Positions 16,752 through 23,681 of a stretch of DNA of 32,000 nt are shown here, one piece after another (the first letter of the stretch is position 1; the number at the start of each line of letters is the position of its first letter). This DNA comes from Propionibacterium ruminifibrarum. Its GTDB lineage: Bacteria; Actinomycetota; Actinomycetes; Propionibacteriales; Propionibacteriaceae. A program made the translations under genes and the position numbers. The DNA lies in contig NZ_OMOH01000009.1 in the NCBI RefSeq assembly GCF_900289195.1, positions 1 to 32,000 on the forward strand, in the 5' to 3' direction. Under the pieces are notes generated by a model. The model had not been told where the DNA came from. It did not search any database and saw only the letters and a program-made list of their open reading frames with translations.

Positions 16752-18316
16752 CAGCGATCACCCTTCCTGAACATGTTGAGCATCCGGCGTGTGACCGAGA
16801 AGCCGCCGAAGATGTTGATCGACGCGATGAGCACGCCCAGGGCGGCGATGATCGTGATCGCCATGTTGTCCTTGGGCAGCTGCATCAGCGCGCCGACGAT
16901 GATGATGCCGCTGATGGCGTTGGTGACGCTCATCAGCGGGGTGTGCAGTGCGTGCGAGACGTTCCACACCACGTAGTAGCCCACGACGCAGGCCAGGGCG
17001 AAGGTGCCGAACAGGCTGACGAAGCTGCCGGGGGCGAAGGTCAGCAGGGCGATGAGCGCCACCGACAGCAGGCCGACGACGAGCAGCAGGAACCACCAGG
17101 GCCGTTCCTTCTTGGGTTTCTCGGGTTCGGGTGCCGCAGCGGCCTTCGCGGCGGGTGCGGTCGGGGCGGCGGAGACCTGGATCGGGGGCGGTGGGAAGGT
17201 GATCTCGCCGTCGCGGGTCACCGTCATATTGCGCAGCACCTCGTCGTCGAAGTCGATGACGAACTGGCCGTCCTTGCCCGGGGTGGCCAGCTTGGCCAGG
17301 TTCACCATGTTCATGGCGTACATCTGGCTGGACTGGGTGGGCAGCCGGCTGGCCATGTCGGTGTAACCGATGATGTGGATGCCGTCGTCGGTGGTGTACT
17401 CCTCGCCCGGGTGGGTGAGCACGCAGTTGCCGCCACCGAGAGCGGCCATGTCGACGATGACAGAGCCGGGCTTCATCGAGGCGACCATGTCGGCCGTGAT
17501 GAGTTTCGGGCTGGGTTTGCCGGGGATGGCGGCCGTCAGGATGATGATGTCGACCTTCTGGCACTGTTCGGCGTAGAGCTCGGCGGCCCGCTTGTTGTAG
17601 TCATCGGAGGTCTCCTTGGCGTAGCCGTCGGCGCTGACGCCCTGGTCGCCGGCCGCCGAGCGGACGTGCAGGAAGGTGCCGCCCATCGACTCGACCTGCT
17701 CGGCCGTCTCGGGCCGGACGTCGGTGGCGAAGACCTCGGCGCCCATGGACTTGGCCGCGCCGACCGCCGCCAGGCCGGCGACGCCGGTGCCGACGACGAG
17801 GACCTTGGCCGGCGCCGTCTTGCCCGCCGCGGTGACCTGGCCGGCGAAGGTCTTGCCGTACGCGTAGGCGGCCTCGACGACGGCCCGGTAACCGCCGATG
17901 CTGGCGGTGGAACTCAGGGCGTCCATGGCCTGGGCGCGCGAGATGCGTGGCACCATGTCCATGCTCATGCCGGTGACACCGGCCTTCTGGAGGGCCTCGA
18001 CCAGGCCGGGATTGGCGCGCGGGTGGAGGAAGGTGATGAGTATCGAGCCAGGGCGCATCATGCCCAGTTCCTCAACGCTCGGCTCGTTGACCGCCATGAC
18101 GATGTCACTGCCCCACACCGTGCTGGTGTCGGCGAGGTCGGCGCCCGCCGCCGCGTAGTCATCGTCCGGGTAGGAGGCGCGCTCGCCCGCGCCCTGCTCG
18201 ACTACGACGCTGTAACCCAGCTTGATGAGCTGTGGAACCGTCCTGGGTGTTGCCGCGACTCGTTGTTCACCGGGCAGCGACTCCCTTGGTATACCAATTC
18301 TCATGGCCTTGACCAT
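16751..18316 (-). CDS. pntA: NAD(P) transhydrogenase subunit alpha (fused alpha1 and alpha2)
   Basis: [20 protein letters not shown] matches the canonical PntA N-terminus. There is an alanine-dehydrogenase-like domain I with [13 protein letters not shown], and a C-terminal four-helix membrane part. The stop overlaps the pntB ATG by 1 nt (TGATG at 16749-16753). ATG 18304 (MRIGIPRE) is an alternative to ATG 18316. Confidence 0.95.
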   Translation of the reverse strand: MVKAMRIGIPRESLPGEQRVAATPRTVPQLIKLGYSVVVEQGAGERASYPDDDYAAAGADLADTSTVWGSDIVMAVNEPSVEELGMMRPGSILITFLHPRANPGLVEALQKAGVTGMSMDMVPRISRAQAMDALSSTASIGGYRAVVEAAYAYGKTFAGQVTAAGKTAPAKVLVVGTGVAGLAAVGAAKSMGAEVFATDVRPETAEQVESMGGTFLHVRSAAGDQGVSADGYAKETSDDYNKRAAELYAEQCQKVDIIILTAAIPGKPSPKLITADMVASMKPGSVIVDMAALGGGNCVLTHPGEEYTTDDGIHIIGYTDMASRLPTQSSQMYAMNMVNLAKLATPGKDGQFVIDFDDEVLRNMTVTRDGEITFPPPPIQVSAAPTAPAAKAAAAPEPEKPKKERPWWFLLLVVGLLSVALIALLTFAPGSFVSLFGTFALACVVGYYVVWNVSHALHTPLMSVTNAISGIIIVGALMQLPKDNMAITIIAALGVLIASINIFGGFSVTRRMLNMFRKGDR

Positions 18317-18412
18317 AGCCTGTGCGCATTGTCCTCGCGGCAGGGGGTCGCGTCCAATCGGGGAATGGTTTCCGACCAGTCAACGCCGGTTTTGGTCAAG
18401 GAGGCGCGGCGG

Positions 18413-18856
18413 TCAGCTCTCGTCGGCGGGCTGCTCGATCATGCCCACCCGGCGGGCGTGGCGGCCCCCCTCGAACGGTGTCTGGAGGAATTCGTCGACG
18501 ATCATCTCGGCCAGGCCCGGGCCGAGGACGCGCGCGCCGAGGGCCAGCGCATTGGCGTCGTTGTGCTGGCGTGCCAGGTGCGCGGAGTAGGGCTCGGAGA
18601 CCATCGCGCACCGGATGCCCGGCATCTTGCCGGCGCTCATCCCGATGCCGATGCCGGTGCCGCACACGAGGACGGCGAGGTCGGCCTCGCCGTCGAGGAC
18701 ACGCTGGGCCGCCGCCTTACCGAACGACGGGTAGTCGACGCTGTCCAGGCTGTGGGTGCCCACGTCGATGGTCTCGTGACCCCTGGAGCGCACGTACTCG
18801 ACGAGACGCTCCTTCAGCTCGTAGCCGGCATGATCGGCGCCGAAGGCGATGCGCAT
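18413..18856 (-). CDS. rpiB: ribose-5-phosphate isomerase B (RpiB/LacAB family)
   Basis: 147 aa: MRIAFGADHAGYELKERL..., VLVCGTGIGIGMSAGKMPGIRCA, ARQHNDANALALGARV. A CAGGAG Shine-Dalgarno lies 7 nt upstream. Confidence 0.9.
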   Translation of the reverse strand: MRIAFGADHAGYELKERLVEYVRSRGHETIDVGTHSLDSVDYPSFGKAAAQRVLDGEADLAVLVCGTGIGIGMSAGKMPGIRCAMVSEPYSAHLARQHNDANALALGARVLGPGLAEMIVDEFLQTPFEGGRHARRVGMIEQPADES

Positions 18857-18981
18857 GAGAACTCCTGATGGTCGTCGAGGACTCTACGGTGAACCCATTG
18901 TGACACCGCTGGTGTCGCCGCCCCGCCAACGGGTTCTCGTGGCATGCTGAGCAGCACCGGCACTTCTCCAGGAGCACACCC

Positions 18982-20574
18982 ATGGCGACGACGATCCGAA
19001 CAGCACGGCAGCTCGGCACCGACGCGCCCGAGCGGGTGCGACGGACACGGGTCGTGGTCGTCGGCGCCGGCGCCGCCGGGCTGACCGCCGCCATGCAACT
19101 GGCCGCCGCCGGCGTCGACACGATCCTGCTGACCGCGGGAACACTGCTCGACTCGGCCACCGCGATCTCCACCGGCCGCATCGCCGCGTGGTCCGGGCCC
19201 AGGGACCACGAGGAGGCGCTGGCCAGGGGCTTCGGGGTGGCGGACGAGGAAGCGCTGCGGCACCTGCTGGCTGCCGCACCACTCGTCCACGACAAGGTCA
19301 TGGAGTTCATCGAGCGCGCCGACGCGCTGCACGCCGGGCGCTACGAGACCAACGGGTACCGGGTGCAGCGCAGCCTCGCGTCGGTGGTGCGCACCATGGC
19401 GGGGCGCCTGGGCTCGAGCCTGCGGGTCGAGACCGGCGCTCGCGGCATCGACGTCCTGACCGACGACTCCGGCCGTGTCGCCGGCCTTCGCACGGTGTGC
19501 CTCGACGGTTCGATCGTCGACATCTCTGCCCCCGCCGTCGTTCTGGCCGGCGGCGGCGCTGAACGGTTCTGGGCGCGCACGACGGCCCCGGCGACCGCCA
19601 CCGGCGATGCCGTGGCGATGGCGTTGCGCGCCGGCGCCGAGCTGCGTGACATGGAGTTCACCGCCTTCGCCCCGGCCGCCGTCGACCTCCCGGCCGAGCT
19701 GACCCTCCCCCTCGATCCTGCGGTCACGCTGGGCCGTGAGCTGCGGCAGGCGGGCGCCAGGATCATCGACCAGCAGGGCCGCCCCGCCCTGGCCGGGCTC
19801 GGCGAGGACGAGACGAAGCCCTCGGACGAACTGGCGATGGCGATCCACGACTGGCTGACCGGGCACGTCGGCCAGCAGCTCTTCCTGGACGGCACCCTCA
19901 TCGGGGAGACGAGCTGGGCGGCCCCGCCCCTGTCCGCCACGCTGGCCGCCTGCCGTGCCCGCGGGATCGACCCGACACGTGCGCCGGTGCCGATCCGCCC
20001 CGCCCCGCAGACGATGATCGGCGGCATCAGCGTCACCCCGAACGGCGCGAGCACCGTCCCGGGCCTGTACGCGGCCGGTGAGGCCGCCTGCACCGGCGCC
20101 CGCGGCGCGGCGGGCCCGTCGAACACCGGCCTGGTCGAGGCCCTCGTCGGCGGCTTCACCGTCGGGGCGCACCTGGCCCGCACGGTCGGCTCGTTCGGTG
20201 AGCCCGGTGAACCGGCAGCCCGGGAGACGGGCGGTTGCGTCCCCGCCGCCGCCAGACCCCGCATCACCGGCGCCGGGCAGGCCGCCGGCCTGATGCGCGA
20301 GCACACCGAGCTGACACGGGCCGCCGAGGGACTCGTCGCCCTGCCCACCGGGGCCCCGTTCAGCGGACCCGCGCTGTCGGCGACGAATCTTCGCCTGGTC
20401 GGAGCGGCCGTCCTCGCGGCCGCCAAGGCCCGCCCCGAATCACGCGGCTGGCATCGCCGCGCCGACCACCCGGACAGCAGCGAGAAGTGGGCGCGCACCA
20501 TCCGCGTCGACCTGGACGACGAGGGCCGCCTGCGTGTGCGGAGCAGCGCCGTCGGGAACCGGGCCGGCCGGTAG
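18982..20574 (+). CDS. FAD-dependent oxidoreductase of the L-aspartate oxidase / succinate dehydrogenase flavoprotein family (divergent NadB-like)
   Basis: Dinucleotide-binding VVVVGAGAAGLTAA, VLAGGGA, GDAVAMALRAGAEL, GLYAAGEAACTG, and C-terminal RPESRGWHRRADHP typical of NadB. The family FHPT and HGANR motifs are replaced by FAPA and RGAAG. A CAGGAGCA Shine-Dalgarno lies upstream of ATG 18982. Confidence 0.7.
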   Translation: MATTIRTARQLGTDAPERVRRTRVVVVGAGAAGLTAAMQLAAAGVDTILLTAGTLLDSATAISTGRIAAWSGPRDHEEALARGFGVADEEALRHLLAAAPLVHDKVMEFIERADALHAGRYETNGYRVQRSLASVVRTMAGRLGSSLRVETGARGIDVLTDDSGRVAGLRTVCLDGSIVDISAPAVVLAGGGAERFWARTTAPATATGDAVAMALRAGAELRDMEFTAFAPAAVDLPAELTLPLDPAVTLGRELRQAGARIIDQQGRPALAGLGEDETKPSDELAMAIHDWLTGHVGQQLFLDGTLIGETSWAAPPLSATLAACRARGIDPTRAPVPIRPAPQTMIGGISVTPNGASTVPGLYAAGEAACTGARGAAGPSNTGLVEALVGGFTVGAHLARTVGSFGEPGEPAARETGGCVPAAARPRITGAGQAAGLMREHTELTRAAEGLVALPTGAPFSGPALSATNLRLVGAAVLAAAKARPESRGWHRRADHPDSSEKWARTIRVDLDDEGRLRVRSSAVGNRAGR

Positions 20575-20585
20575 CGCCGGCCCGG
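20559..20585 (+). terminator. GC-rich hairpin overlapping the stop codon of the NadB-like gene
   Basis: 10-bp stem CCGGGCCGGC / GCCGGCCCGG with a 7-nt loop that contains the TAG stop (20572-20574). No U-tract. Such hairpins can arise by chance in GC-rich DNA. Confidence 0.3.
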
Positions 20586-20715
20586 CACCGCCGGCGCCAA
20601 GACTCCCGGGAGGTCCGGGCCCAAGGGCATGGCGTCGTGCCGGACGCACAGGCACCGCGCCGGTCCCGGCGCGGTGGAGCGACGCCGGTGCCGTCTCCCG
20701 GCCGCTCCGCCGCGC

Positions 20716-21120
20716 TCAGCGGGCCGGCCGGTCCGCAGCCGGGGCACCCGCCTCGTCCGCCCCCAGGCGCATCTGCTCCACGCCCCAGGAGTAGAGCTCG
20801 TTGAGCGCGGGCAGCAGCGCCTCGCCGCGGGCGGTGAGCGAGTACTCCACATGCGGCGGCACCGTGTCGCGCTGATCCCGCAGCACGAGCCCTGCGCCCT
20901 CCAGTTCGCGCAGGCTCTTGGTGAGCATGAGATTCGATATGCCCGGCACTCGGCGCTTCAGCTCGTTGAAGCGCGTGGTCGGTCTCTCGTGCAGGTACCA
21001 CAACAACGGCAGCTTCCACTTCTGCCCGATGATGCTGAGCGCATAGAGGATGGGACACCCCTGCCCGCTGACATTCCCCTCGGGCGTACCCATCGGGTAG
21101 CTCACTGCCGTATCCGTCAC
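20716..21120 (-). CDS. HxlR/DUF24-family winged-helix transcriptional regulator
   Basis: The sequence is CPILYALSIIGQKWKLPLLWYLHERPTTRFNELKRRVPGISNLMLTKSLRELEGAGLVLRD...PPHVEYSLTARG, which is the family signature and includes the conserved N-terminal Cys. The start is GTG 21120 or ATG 21093. Confidence 0.85.
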   Translation of the reverse strand: MTDTAVSYPMGTPEGNVSGQGCPILYALSIIGQKWKLPLLWYLHERPTTRFNELKRRVPGISNLMLTKSLRELEGAGLVLRDQRDTVPPHVEYSLTARGEALLPALNELYSWGVEQMRLGADEAGAPAADRPAR

Positions 21121-21158
21121 CTCTGCCCCACCACCAATCCAGGTAAGGAAAAACTGCG

Positions 21159-21175
21159 TACTTTAAATTAACTTA
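21159..21175. promoter_or_regulatory. AT-rich imperfect palindrome TACTTTAAATTAACTTA in the hxlR/hydrolase divergent promoter; candidate HxlR operator
   Basis: 6 of 8 arm positions pair around a central A. It lies in the only strongly AT-rich stretch of the window (about 21140-21190), 39 nt upstream of the hxlR GTG. TANNNT hexamers (TAAATT, TATCTT) occur nearby. Confidence 0.35.
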
Positions 21176-21372
21176 TCTTCGTCGTTGAATGCACCACAGC
21201 GAGGAACACTCCGGAAGGAACACCGTGGCACAACAGACGAAGCGATCCGGGCCGGGCGACGCACGGCCGGGGAACGCGCCGGTGGACGCGCTCGCCGGCC
21301 CGAGCGGACCCGTGCGGAACGGCGCAGCGGCGGTCGAGTCCCCGGCCCCGTACGTGGGGACGGGACGCTGAG

Positions 21373-22280
21373 ATGGTGGACAGGGTCCAGATTCCGGTTC
21401 CGACCGAACGCGGCACCGTGCTCCCCGGGACGCTCTTCCGCGAGGGCGAGCACCGTACGGCGAGCACGTGCGTCGTGGCGATCACCGGCATCCACGGCAA
21501 CTTCTGGTCGAACCCCTTCTACTTCCCCATGGGCGACACGCTTGCGACGACGGGCATCGACTTCGTCTACGCCGAGACGAGCGACGCCCGGGGCGAGGTG
21601 GAGACCGTGAACGTGCGCACGGGCAGGCGCGAGATCATGGGTTCGTTCAACGAGGACTTCGCCCACATCGATGACGACGTCGGCGCCTACGTGGAGTGGG
21701 CCCGGCGCGAGGGCTACGACCGCGTCGTACTGGCCGGGCACTCGCTCGGCGCGAACAAGGTCATCCACTACCTGTCGACCCACCGCGCACCCCTCGTCAG
21801 CCATTTCGTGCTGCTGAGCCCAGCGAACATGGATTTCCTGCTCAACCAGGTGGACGCCCGGCAGCGCGATCTCATCGACGCGATGGTCGCCGAGGGACGC
21901 GGGGGCGACATGCTCCCCTTCGCCCTCTTCGGCTGGGCACCCATGCTGGCCTCCACGGCCTACCAGTGGACGCACGACAACCCGCTCGACAGCGTGCACC
22001 TGACGGAGGAACGCGACTTCTCACAGGTCGAGAGGGTCGAGCAACCGGGGCCCTGTTCATCGGCACCTACGACGCGTTCGCGCTGGGAACCCCCACCACG
22101 CTCGTGGAGACGACGAACGCGCACTTCCCGAGGGCCGACGAGAACCGCATCATCATCATCCCGCGGACCGGGCACACCTACCAGGACAAGGAGCAGTACA
22201 CCGCCGACGCGCTGCGCGACGTGGTGCTGTCGTGGCAGGACGAGCTGACCGGCGAGGAGACGACGACATGCCGTTCGTGA
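21373..22280 (+). pseudogene. alpha/beta-fold hydrolase interrupted by a frameshift near 22047-22053
   Basis: Frame 1 (track ORF 21373..22248) gives a good hydrolase sequence with the nucleophile elbow GHSLGA up to ...FSQVERVEQPG, then Pro/Arg/Ser/Thr-rich junk. Frame 3 (tail of track ORF 21696..22280) continues sensibly from the same point: ALFIGTYDAFALGTPTTLVETTNAHFPRADENRIIIIPRTGHTYQD..., carrying the expected Asp and His regions. The junction is at the GGGGCCC run. Confidence 0.7.
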
Positions 22281-22630
22281 TCGTCAGGACGAACGCGGAA
22301 CTGACCTGGGCGCAGGAGTCCGAGCTCGCGGCATCCATGGGCCGGGCGATGTCGCACGTCCCCGGCAAGTCGGAGGCCGACCTGCTCCTGGCCATCGACA
22401 GCGGGCAGCGCCTGTGGCTGGCCGGACGCGACGACGTCCCGGCGGCCTATGTCGACGCGGCGCTGTTCGGCACCGAGAACCACCTGGGCTATCCGGAGTT
22501 CTCCACCGCGGTGGCAAGGGCGTTCGCCGATGTGGCGGGAATCGACGCGCGGAACGTGTTCGTGCAGCTCTCCGAGATCGGTGCGTTCAGCGCGGGCCCG
22601 GCGTTCTTCGACAGGGGGTTGTTCACATGA
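22268..22630 (+). CDS. tautomerase-superfamily protein, MIF/phenylpyruvate-tautomerase-like (N-terminal Pro1)
   Basis: Starts MPFVIVRTNAELT..., with GK at about position 33. Length and pattern parallel MIF (MPMFIVNTNV...). A GAGGAG Shine-Dalgarno lies about 8 nt upstream of ATG 22268. The longer track start (22232) lies inside the hydrolase tail. Confidence 0.7.
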   Translation: MPFVIVRTNAELTWAQESELAASMGRAMSHVPGKSEADLLLAIDSGQRLWLAGRDDVPAAYVDAALFGTENHLGYPEFSTAVARAFADVAGIDARNVFVQLSEIGAFSAGPAFFDRGLFT

Positions 22631-23511
22631 GCACAGCGGTGACCGTCACGACCTTCACCGACCCCATGATGGGGCTCTCCTACGAGCAGGAGCCGGTCTA
22701 CCGCGCGCTGGAGACCCACTTCGGGGAGCAGCTGCAGTTCCGCTACCGCATGGGGCTGCTCGTACCGGACGTGATGCGTCTGGTCGACCCGCACGACCTG
22801 CCTCTCGGCGAGGACGAGGCGATCAGGCGGTACAACACGCGGCTCGCGCAGGTCTACCTCGACGAGGAGCCGATCGGCGGGCTCCCCATCGTGATGGACG
22901 GCTTCGCGCTCTTCTCGGCCGAGGAACGCAGCACACTCAACCTGTGCCTGGCCTACGAGGCGGCGCTCATCGTCGAGCCGGAGCGCGCGGACGCCTACCT
23001 CTACGCCCTCCGCTTCGCGACCATCGTGATGGCACGGCGCACGACACGTCTGGCCGTGGCGATGGACGTCGCCCGCGAGGAGGGCCTCGACGCAGGGGCC
23101 CTGGAGAACTGCGTCGCTGACGGGCGGGCGGGAGTCGCGCTCGCCGACGACCTGGCACGCGCCCGTGGCCTCGGCATCCGGGGCCTGCCCGCCGTGCACG
23201 TGCGGTGCGGCGAGCGCTCGGAACCGGTCCACGGGCTTGCGGACCGTGCCGCCTTCGTGGCGTCGATCGACCGGGTCTCGGACGGCGCCGTCAAACCATC
23301 AGTGCCGGACGCCACTGCCGAGGGGCTGAGTTCGCTGCTCGGCTCCCATCCCCTCATGTCGGCGCAGGAGATCACGGCCGCCTTCGACCTGGACGGCATC
23401 GACGCCGCGGAAGAACTCGCCGCCCCGCTCGTGGCGAGTGGGACGGCCGACATGGTGCACGTCAAGGACGGCTGGTTCCTTCGCCGACAACCACGACCAG
23501 CCCAGCTCTGA
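22627..23511 (+). CDS. DsbA/FrnE-like thioredoxin-fold protein lacking the CXXC motif, with an extra C-terminal domain
   Basis: ATG 22627 overlaps the tautomerase stop (ATGA). The N-terminus VTVTTFTDPMMGLSY occupies the place of the family pattern xxDxxCPWCY. The later ARGLGIRGLPAVHV matches the G(V/I)xGxPxF segment of DsbA-family proteins. About 90 extra residues lie at the C-terminus. Confidence 0.55.
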   Translation: MSTAVTVTTFTDPMMGLSYEQEPVYRALETHFGEQLQFRYRMGLLVPDVMRLVDPHDLPLGEDEAIRRYNTRLAQVYLDEEPIGGLPIVMDGFALFSAEERSTLNLCLAYEAALIVEPERADAYLYALRFATIVMARRTTRLAVAMDVAREEGLDAGALENCVADGRAGVALADDLARARGLGIRGLPAVHVRCGERSEPVHGLADRAAFVASIDRVSDGAVKPSVPDATAEGLSSLLGSHPLMSAQEITAAFDLDGIDAAEELAAPLVASGTADMVHVKDGWFLRRQPRPAQL

Positions 23512-23531
23512 CACGGATCGGACCGGCGCCG

Positions 23532-23552
23532 GGGGCGGACTCGTCCCGCCCC
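23532..23552 (+). terminator. short GC hairpin 20 nt after the DsbA-like stop
   Basis: 7-bp stem GGGGCGG / CCGCCCC with a 7-nt loop. Weak, no U-tract. Confidence 0.3.
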
Positions 23553-23591
23553 GCGGGCATCGCGCCGCTCCCAGAGGTGTCACCGAGCATC

Positions 23592-23622
23592 GGCCGGCCC
23601 CGCGTATGCCACCGGGCCGGCC
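23592..23622 (-). terminator. GC hairpin about 60 nt after the stop of the 1467-aa gene
   Basis: 9-bp stem GGCCGGCCC / GGGCCGGCC with a 13-nt loop, in the convergent intergenic region. Confidence 0.3.
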
Positions 23623-23681
23623 GGTTCTCACTCCAGACCGCGATCGGGCGCCGTCGCCGTGCGCCCCGCGTACCGCCCGGC

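Noticed and set aside
15403-18868. ORFs 15403..16503(-), 15513..16976(+), 16758..17564(-) and 16943..18868(+) overlapping pntA/pntB/rpiB
   Set aside because: They are alternative-frame or antisense shadows of unmistakable pntA, pntB and rpiB. Their translations are Arg/Gly/Asp/His-rich nonsense.
18902-18916. Small inverted repeat GACACC-GCT-GGTGTC in the rpiB/NadB-like divergent region
   Set aside because: The arms are only 6 bp. Such repeats are expected by chance in GC-rich DNA, and it has no link to a recognisable regulator.
18814-21058. Minus-strand ORFs 18814..20304 (496 aa), 19341..20852 (503 aa) and 20360..21058 (232 aa)
   Set aside because: The first two are mainly antisense to the NadB-like gene: 18814..20304 also starts in an alternative frame over the 5' end of rpiB, and 19341..20852 also runs through the intergenic region into the 3' end of hxlR. 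20360..21058 is co-directional with hxlR and mostly an alternative-frame shadow of it. All are Arg/Pro/Ala/Gly-rich and have no motifs.
21189-21371. 60-aa ORF between the AT-rich promoter and the hydrolase start (MHHSEEHSGRNTVAQQTKRSG...)
   Set aside because: Its position is tempting: it starts 9 nt after TATCTT and its stop lies 1 nt before the hydrolase ATG. However, hand-counted codon-position GC (about 78/63/85%) is not clearly coding-like. The peptide is low-complexity Gly/Pro/Ala-rich, and there is no Shine-Dalgarno. I cannot support it as a CDS from sequence alone. It is flagged under the AT-island finding for experimental test.
21163-21999. 278-aa minus-strand ORF opposite the hydrolase gene, and ORF 21185..21610(+)
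   Set aside because: They are antisense or alternative-frame to the alpha/beta hydrolase, which has the GHSLGA nucleophile elbow. No motifs, Arg/Val/Gly-rich.
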